From positions 1-41,234 of the IMG/VR virus record IMGVR_UViG_3300045006_000100: DNA of 41,234 nt; one strand, written 5' to 3'. This DNA is from a virus. Taxonomy: Duplodnaviria > Caudoviricetes. The notes below the pieces were generated by a model that worked only from the letters and a program-made list of their open reading frames with translations, was not told where the DNA came from and made no database searches. Below are positions 35,992 through 41,234 of this stretch, piece by piece. Within the stretch, counting starts at the first letter, position 1, and the number at the start of each line of letters is the position of its first letter. The translations under genes and the position numbers were made by a program.

Positions 35992-36738
35992 ATGGACATC
36001 AGCAAGGAAGCAATCGAGAAAATCCAGGGCCTGGTGGAGCAGAACCAGGTCATCGAGATCGACGGCAAGAAGTACTCCCGCGGCGAGTACAGCGCCATCG
36101 ACATCCGCCACCCTGACCGGCCCGGCTACCTGGCGGGATCCACCCTCACCAGCTTGGTGGATTACCTGAAGGCCAACGTCGAATGCATCGACTACAAGCA
36201 GCTGATGATCCAGGTCGTCGACTTCAAGTCCGTCCAGCTGATCGAGCGCTTCACCGGCGACGACAAGATCCGCACCGAGTATTTCCGCAGCGTTCTGGAC
36301 AGTTCGTTGCAGTCGTACCGGTTCGGTGAGTACGTCGGCGTCGAGGAGTTCATCATCAAGACCCGTGCCTTGTTCCAGCCCACCGAAGACCTGGAAACCG
36401 TGGTTGCCATCGTGTCCCGCGTCGTTCAGCAGGATGAGATCAACGCGGCCGACGACGGCCTGTCGCAGACCATCCAGGTCAAGAAGGGCGTCAGCGGTGC
36501 GCTGTCGCAGGGCATCCAGACCAAGGGAGTCTACGACCTGCGGCCGTTCCGCACCTTCCGCGAACTGCAACAGCCTGCCAGCAAGTTCATCCTGCGCCTC
36601 AAGGCCATGGACGGTGAGCTGCCGCGCGTTGCCCTGTTCGACGCCGAGGGCGAGTCCTGGAAGTACAACGCCATGTTGGACATCCGTGATTACCTGGCCG
36701 ACGCGCTCAAGGAAACCGGAATCCCGGTACTCGCCTGA
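35992..36738 (+). CDS. Conserved-looking phage hypothetical protein (partner of the preceding gene)
   Basis: TLTSLVDY, DDGLSQT...KKG, LRPFRTF.E..QP.S.FILR and LFDAEG..W patterns. Confidence 0.8.
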   Translation: MDISKEAIEKIQGLVEQNQVIEIDGKKYSRGEYSAIDIRHPDRPGYLAGSTLTSLVDYLKANVECIDYKQLMIQVVDFKSVQLIERFTGDDKIRTEYFRSVLDSSLQSYRFGEYVGVEEFIIKTRALFQPTEDLETVVAIVSRVVQQDEINAADDGLSQTIQVKKGVSGALSQGIQTKGVYDLRPFRTFRELQQPASKFILRLKAMDGELPRVALFDAEGESWKYNAMLDIRDYLADALKETGIPVLA

Positions 36739-36744
36739 TCAACC

Positions 36745-36768
36745 GCCGGCCGCCATCGAGCGGCCGGC
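36745..36768 (+). terminator. Intergenic GC hairpin
   Basis: GCCGGCCGC-N6-GCGGCCGGC; weak U tract. Confidence 0.45.
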
Positions 36769-36788
36769 ATCTTCACAAGGAGGTCCAC

Positions 36789-37013
36789 ATGGACAAGATC
36801 AAAGCGGCCGAGGCCGCAGTGGACAAGGCGCTGGACGACCTGGCCGCCGCCGTAAAAGAGCAGTTCCCGATCGGGATGGCGGTCAAGGCGGCCGGACTTC
36901 ACGCGCCCATCGAGTGCACCGTGAGCGGCTACGGTGAGCCCGGCGTGCTGGTGCTCGCCGTCACCAAGTCTGGCAAGACCATGTCGCGGCATTACTCCCG
37001 CGTGGGGGCCTGA
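36789..37013 (+). CDS. Hypothetical protein
   Basis: SD AAGGAGGT, 74 aa. Confidence 0.7.
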   Translation: MDKIKAAEAAVDKALDDLAAAVKEQFPIGMAVKAAGLHAPIECTVSGYGEPGVLVLAVTKSGKTMSRHYSRVGA

Positions 37014-37014
37014 C

Positions 37015-37956
37015 ATGGCCGCCAACAACCAGAACGAGGCCGAATTCTTTGCCGTCGCCACCACGGGCCGCCGTGGCCTGGAGGAGATGACCGCGAAGAT
37101 GGGTGGCGAGCTGATGAGCATCGCCGCCAAGTCCGTCCGCGACGCCGGCCAAACGTGGATCCAGCGCGCCGTGGTCAGCATCGCCAACAATGACCAGCTG
37201 GCCGACGTCATTAAGACCAAGACCGGTCTGTTCAGCATCTACAAGGGCCTGGCCAAGGCCGCCACCATGGGCTTGCAGATCGGCGGGCAGTTTCCGCAGG
37301 CCTACCTGACGCCCTATGACGGCAAGGCCGAACTGATCGTGTCCGCCGAAGGCTACAAGCACGCCGCCGTCCACGGTCCGGGCGCGGTCCTGGCCGACGT
37401 GGTGTTCCGCCGCGTCTACGATGGCGAGCAGTTCAGCATCGACTTCGCCCGGGCCGAGGTCAAGCATAGTTACGACGGTAAGGCTGACCGCGGCAAGCTG
37501 GTGGGTGTCTATTGCGTCATGACCCGGCCCGACGGCGCGCAGGCGGTCGATTACATGACCAAGTTGGAGGCGCTGGCTATCCGCGATGGTCACAGCCGGG
37601 CCTACAAGATGGGCAAGGGCCCATGGAAGACCGATGAGGACGCCATGATCGAGAAGACGGCCGCCAAGAAATTCCTGCGCAAGTACGCCGCCGAGGCCGA
37701 GGGCCTGGCCATGCTTTTCGCACAGGACAGCGACGAGCCGGCCGAAGACACCACCCCGCCCCCGCGCGACGTGTCCGACCGCATGGCGGGCCGCCTGGAC
37801 AGCCAGACGGCCAAGATGGAGGCCAGCGCCGCCCGGCCGGCCGAGCCTGCCACCAAGGCGCCGCAGGATGACGCCATCCAGGGACAGGCCGAGGCCGTTG
37901 ACGACGAGCCCGGGGACGCTCCGGGTGCCGCGCCTGGCAGCAGCAGCCTGTTCTGA
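37015..37956 (+). CDS. recT: RecT-family single-strand annealing protein
   Basis: AA.MGL......AYL.PY....A.LI...GY, VYDGEQF, RGKLVG.Y and PW.TD.DAM.EKT motifs; in the YqaJ operon. Confidence 0.9.
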   Translation: MAANNQNEAEFFAVATTGRRGLEEMTAKMGGELMSIAAKSVRDAGQTWIQRAVVSIANNDQLADVIKTKTGLFSIYKGLAKAATMGLQIGGQFPQAYLTPYDGKAELIVSAEGYKHAAVHGPGAVLADVVFRRVYDGEQFSIDFARAEVKHSYDGKADRGKLVGVYCVMTRPDGAQAVDYMTKLEALAIRDGHSRAYKMGKGPWKTDEDAMIEKTAAKKFLRKYAAEAEGLAMLFAQDSDEPAEDTTPPPRDVSDRMAGRLDSQTAKMEASAARPAEPATKAPQDDAIQGQAEAVDDEPGDAPGAAPGSSSLF

Positions 37957-38156
37957 TGGCCATCAAGTGCCAAGGTCACCGCGACGGCGTTCTGTGCGCC
38001 GTCCGGTTCACCTGCCTGCACTGGCTGGACCAAGTCCTGGGCGACGAGTTGCGCGCTCCAAAGTCCGCCGTCGCGGCCACCGGCTGTGCCGGATACAAAC
38101 GCATGAGCATCGAGAGGTTCAAAGATGAGTATCGAAAAAATGCCGCAGCCAAATGA
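37956..38156 (+). CDS. Cys-rich hypothetical protein
   Basis: TGATG-coupled to recT; four Cys residues. Confidence 0.5.
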   Translation: MAIKCQGHRDGVLCAVRFTCLHWLDQVLGDELRAPKSAVAATGCAGYKRMSIERFKDEYRKNAAAK

Positions 38157-38343
38157 CGACATGCTGACGCCCGGCGAGGTCGCCACCATGCTGGGTGTGT
38201 CAGTCATGACAGTCAACCGGCTGGTCAGGAGTAACGACCTGCAGGCGGTCATTGTCACGCCGCGCGCCAGGCGGTTCAAGCGGGTGGAAGTCATCCGCTA
38301 CATCCAAGATCACACCACATCAGGAGTCCACCATGGCGACTAG
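38125..38343 (+). CDS. Second excisionase-like HTH_17 protein
   Basis: MLTPGEVATMLGVSVMTVNRL....L......RRF....V..YI. Confidence 0.85.
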   Translation: MSIEKMPQPNDDMLTPGEVATMLGVSVMTVNRLVRSNDLQAVIVTPRARRFKRVEVIRYIQDHTTSGVHHGD

Positions 38344-38641
38344 GAAAATTTACGACCTAGCCGTCGCGGTCGGCAGCTACACCGACAACAGCGGCCAGTC
38401 GAAAAACCGCTACCAGACCATCGGCGCCGTCATGCAGAAGGATGACGGCGGCAAGTTCATCATCATGGAGCGCTGGTTCAACCCGGCCGGCGTGCCGTTC
38501 GATGCCGGCCGGGGCAACAGCTTTCTGGTCAGCATGTTCGAGCCGCAGGCGCGCAACCATGGCGGACAGGGACATCAATCTGGCAGCGGCACGACGCACG
38601 GGCCAAATCCGCAGGGGTATCAAGATGACATCCCCTTCTGA
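38333..38641 (+). CDS. Putative non-canonical ssDNA-binding protein
   Basis: SD AGGAG; short beta domain, Gly/Gln linker and C-terminal DDIPF. Confidence 0.7.
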   Translation: MATRKIYDLAVAVGSYTDNSGQSKNRYQTIGAVMQKDDGGKFIIMERWFNPAGVPFDAGRGNSFLVSMFEPQARNHGGQGHQSGSGTTHGPNPQGYQDDIPF

Positions 38642-38939
38642 CCGCCGCCTGGGCCGCGGCATGGCGGAAATCCAGGACGACATCAAGGCCGCCGGCTTCG
38701 ACCTGGAGCCGGACACCAGCGACGTCACCTGGCCGGACAGATCACGGTCTGCACAAGCCGCCGAGTCGCGCGCCCGGGCCGCTTCCTGGGTCATGCGCCT
38801 ATTCGGAATCGTCGCCGGGTGCTGGATGCTCGCCATCGGCCTGCAGATCGCCGTGGGGCCTTGCATGACGGCCCCGCCCAAGTTCCCCGCGCATGGTTAC
38901 GACCGCGCCAGCGTTCCGGCGGACTGGAGGTATCCATGA
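38625..38939 (+). CDS. Hypothetical membrane protein
   Basis: One hydrophobic segment; overlaps both neighbours. Confidence 0.5.
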   Translation: MTSPSDRRLGRGMAEIQDDIKAAGFDLEPDTSDVTWPDRSRSAQAAESRARAASWVMRLFGIVAGCWMLAIGLQIAVGPCMTAPPKFPAHGYDRASVPADWRYP

Positions 38940-39202
38940 CCACCGAGCGCCGGATGCAGCGCCGCAACGTCCTGCTGTCCATCATCGCCCGCGGCGCCAT
39001 CAGCAAGCAGGAGCTGGTCAAAGTCCTGGGGTGCAACTTCAACGCCGACGCCTGGCTGGCTGACAACCGTGACCTGCCGTTCTTCGAGACCAAGGACGGC
39101 CGCATCAAGGTCATGCCGGCGGGCGACAGGCGGCGCGGCGATCCTCTGATACGTGAGATCGATACAAACGGCATGGGCGGAATCCATGCTGTGAGGGGGT
39201 AA
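38936..39202 (+). CDS. Hypothetical protein, possible winged helix
   Basis: SD GGAGGT; LLSII...GAISKQELVKVLG. Confidence 0.6.
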   Translation: MTTERRMQRRNVLLSIIARGAISKQELVKVLGCNFNADAWLADNRDLPFFETKDGRIKVMPAGDRRRGDPLIREIDTNGMGGIHAVRG

Positions 39203-39205
39203 TTC

Positions 39206-39451
39206 ATGGATAAATTAATAGAGCATTTGAAAGATTTAAAAATTGATTTAATGGTTAATAGTCAACTGTGTCAGCATTCATCAACGATTGATGCTGCTAT
39301 TGAATGTATTTCAGAACTACGAGATATAAGCAATAAATCAACATCTTGCTTAATTCAATTATCTGAAACACATAAGGCAATGTTTGAAAATATGGAAATC
39401 TATGCAAAACAATTTTCTCAAATAATTCTTAAAACCATGGGGGATAAATAA
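39206..39451 (+). CDS. AT-rich hypothetical protein
   Basis: SD GAGGGG, 81 aa; much lower GC than its neighbours. Confidence 0.65.
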   Translation: MDKLIEHLKDLKIDLMVNSQLCQHSSTIDAAIECISELRDISNKSTSCLIQLSETHKAMFENMEIYAKQFSQIILKTMGDK

Positions 39452-40069
39452 ATGAACACCATCATCGGCCTGCCGCGCTGGCAGGCGCCTGACGCTTACT
39501 ACAGCCAGACCAACAACGTCGTCGAGGCCATCCTGGCCAAGACAGGAGCCAACCGCAAGTTGGAGTCATGCGGCCCGACCTCAGCCGTCATGCTGGTCGA
39601 TGCTCTGGGCGCGTTGCACCCGACCATGACCCCGGGGGGCTGGCAACCGCAGCCCGAGGACCTGCTGGCCGCCTGGATGAACGACCCGCGCAACTATGGC
39701 GCCATGCGGCACATCCGTAGCGACATCGACCCGGCCAACATCATGGGCAACGAAGTGCCGCAGTGGTACGAGGTCGCTGTGCCTGCCGTGTTCGGCGTCA
39801 AGGCGCGCTTCTACTGGGGATCCGGCACTGCCGAAATCTGCAGGGCCATGACCAACGGGCGTGGCGTGATGGTCGCCCTGAAAAAGCCAGGCCACTTCAT
39901 CGCCATCGTCGCCGTCGACATGGACATAGGAGAGGCCATCTACCACGACCCATGGCCTGACAACGCCTGGCCAATCTACAACCAGGGCAAACCAGGCGCT
40001 GGTCGCCGAGTCAAGTTCGCCGACCTGGCCGACAATCTGCAGGGATACCGGGTGGAGATCGGGACATGA
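39452..40069 (+). CDS. Papain-like C39-family peptidase, candidate endolysin
   Basis: YYSQ, SCGPTS (catalytic Cys), GHFIAI (His) and YHDPW (Asp). Confidence 0.85.
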   Translation: MNTIIGLPRWQAPDAYYSQTNNVVEAILAKTGANRKLESCGPTSAVMLVDALGALHPTMTPGGWQPQPEDLLAAWMNDPRNYGAMRHIRSDIDPANIMGNEVPQWYEVAVPAVFGVKARFYWGSGTAEICRAMTNGRGVMVALKKPGHFIAIVAVDMDIGEAIYHDPWPDNAWPIYNQGKPGAGRRVKFADLADNLQGYRVEIGT

Positions 40070-40221
40070 CCAGGCTCAAGGAAATGATGCGAATTGACGG
40101 GCATGGTCGCAGACGGGCACGAATGCTATGCCATGCTGCCGACCAATACACCAAGGCCCTGCGCCGGATACCTGGAAACCAAGACATATACCGAGAAGCC
40201 AGGCACAAGAGAATGGCCTGA
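40066..40221 (+). CDS. Small basic hypothetical protein (51 aa)
   Basis: ATGA-coupled to the peptidase gene; ends before the terminator. Confidence 0.4.
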   Translation: MTRLKEMMRIDGHGRRRARMLCHAADQYTKALRRIPGNQDIYREARHKRMA

Positions 40222-40239
40222 ATGACCGAATGCGCTGTC

Positions 40240-40275
40240 AAAGCCGCCTGGGCATGTCCTCGGCGGCTTTTTCTT
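40240..40275 (+). terminator. Intrinsic terminator between convergent units
   Basis: AAAGCCGCC...GGCGGCTTT followed by TTCTT. Confidence 0.75.
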
Positions 40276-40276
40276 G

Positions 40277-40612
40277 TCACCATCCGCGCTTATTACAATA
40301 GGTCCGCCAGATCAAGCGTAGATCGTCATCGCTGATGACAATTGGTCCAAGACATTTCACGCCAAGGCTATTGGCGACTGCCTCCAGATCCGAGCGCTTG
40401 ACCTCAACATTCCTGGCGAAATCCAGTAACCCAATCGGACCCAACCCGGTCAATATCGCCAGGCCTTCATCCATTCCAATCGAATCCGGAAATGGCTTCC
40501 GTGTTTTGTTGACTGGCTTAGTTGTAGGGCCAACATCCACATCAAGCTGTATACCAAGTTTTTCGGCAATCTGCACAAGCAGCCGGTCACGCTGTTCAGT
40601 TGTCAGTCGCAT
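40277..40612 (-). CDS. Hypothetical protein downstream of the AbrB-like gene
   Basis: SD AAAGGAG, 111 aa; overlaps the upstream gene. Confidence 0.75.
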   Translation of the reverse strand: MRLTTEQRDRLLVQIAEKLGIQLDVDVGPTTKPVNKTRKPFPDSIGMDEGLAILTGLGPIGLLDFARNVEVKRSDLEAVANSLGVKCLGPIVISDDDLRLIWRTYCNKRGW

Positions 40613-40784
40613 TTTTATCTCCTTTGACCATTGGCCTAATCACCAGATGACCAGTTTCAATTTCCACCATGACGAAGTCTCCGGCTTTCAAATTATGGGA
40701 CTGGGCCCATAATGCCGGAATCATTACCTGGACAGACTTGCCTGTCCCTGCCTTGCGCAGCTTATAAGCCTTTTTCATTACCAT
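40596..40784 (-). CDS. Second AbrB/MazE/SpoVT-family protein
   Basis: KLRKAG.GKSVQVMIP..W.....LKAGD.V.V......LVIRP. Confidence 0.88.
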   Translation of the reverse strand: MVMKKAYKLRKAGTGKSVQVMIPALWAQSHNLKAGDFVMVEIETGHLVIRPMVKGDKNATDN

Positions 40785-40797
40785 ACCTCATACATCT

Positions 40798-40826
40798 AAT
40801 TTAGGTGGTAATAATACATGTGTCAA
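40798..40826 (-). promoter_or_regulatory. Sigma70 promoter of the AbrB-like operon
   Basis: Minus strand TTGACA-N17-TAAATT. Confidence 0.75.
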
Positions 40827-40837
40827 TACATATAACA

Positions 40838-41150
40838 AATCTGACAGATTACCCAATTTTCTGACACACTCTGACAAGATTCTGACAACCATGCCTCTAT
40901 CTATCTATCTATTTTATAAGTAGATAGTAGTAGTAGAGAGGCGTTTGTCAGAATTGTCAGAGTGAAACCATGATATACATATGCGCGCATATGTGAATAT
41001 CTCCTCGCGCGTGTGTATAGGGGCATGCATGTCACTGACAATGCTGACAAGCATTGCAAATGGCTGTTATTTCATTACAATGCAATTACTTGCGCTGTCA
41101 GAGTGTTTGTCTTTATGACTTGACGTGTCAGAGCTTGATTTTCTGACAAG
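40838..41150. repeat. Iteron-like CTGACA/TGTCAG array (11 copies) in AT-rich non-coding DNA; candidate origin or packaging region
   Basis: CTGACA at 40841, 40861, 40871, 40882, 41035, 41044 and 41143; TGTCAG at 40946, 40955, 41096 and 41126. Confidence 0.8.
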
Positions 41151-41234
41151 AGTGTAAGTCTTTACGTTGTAAACAATTAGAGATTTTCTAAGGTACTGTG
41201 GAGATTTTGGGTCGTCAAAATGGGTACTGCATGG

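Larger units (their letters stand above)
1..41234. mobile_element. Apparently complete temperate phage genome (contractile tail, lambda-like packaging, Mu-like capsid and tail, tyrosine integrase), excised form
   Basis: Packaging, head, tail, lysogeny, replication and recombination modules are all present. No host housekeeping genes. Intact attP lies internally and the window opens at terS. Confidence 0.93.

Noticed and set aside
764-38294. Many long antisense or alternate-frame ORFs (e.g. 764-2185, 5650-6711, 8192-9526, 10130-11464, 12528-13706 on the minus strand)
   Set aside because: Shadow ORFs expected in GC-rich DNA opposite well-supported genes; no motifs or SD sequences.
40977-40994. 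AphA box for the PadR protein
   Set aside because: The ATATGC/GCATAT half-sites are only 2 bp apart and not tied to a promoter; the resemblance is too weak.
40838-41150. CRISPR array
   Set aside because: The repeats are only 6-7 bp, in mixed orientation with irregular spacing; no cas genes.

Overview
The window looks like a complete, excised (attP-intact) ~41 kb temperate myovirus genome of a GC-rich diderm host. A spirochaete host is only a weak guess. It opens at the small terminase and ends in an AT-rich repeat region. Head: lambda-like packaging genes (TerS, GpA-type TerL, gpW, portal, S49 protease with nested scaffold) plus a Mu gpT-like capsid. Tail: Mu-like and contractile, with a -1 frameshifted chaperone and two fibre modules. 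Lysogeny: a tyrosine integrase beside an attP carrying the 3' half of tRNA-Leu(TAA), an XRE repressor facing an AbrB-fold 'Cro', and a Rha-ANT antirepressor. Replication and recombination: primase-helicase, VRR-NUC, SF2 helicase, YqaJ/RecT. Lysis-like genes are scattered over three loci. The most notable unexplained signals are: (1) a palindromic operator, ATCA(C/T)WGTGATA, in five intergenic copies over packaging, head, baseplate and recombination promoters, with a perfect copy beside a phage-borne PadR/AphA-family regulator; (2) a non-decoding tRNA-like cloverleaf between the tail tube and chaperone genes; (3) in-frame palindromes inside two adjacent DNA-binding protein genes; (4) an 11-copy CTGACA array next to the genome end. 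All calls come from reading motifs and gene order; no database searches were run.
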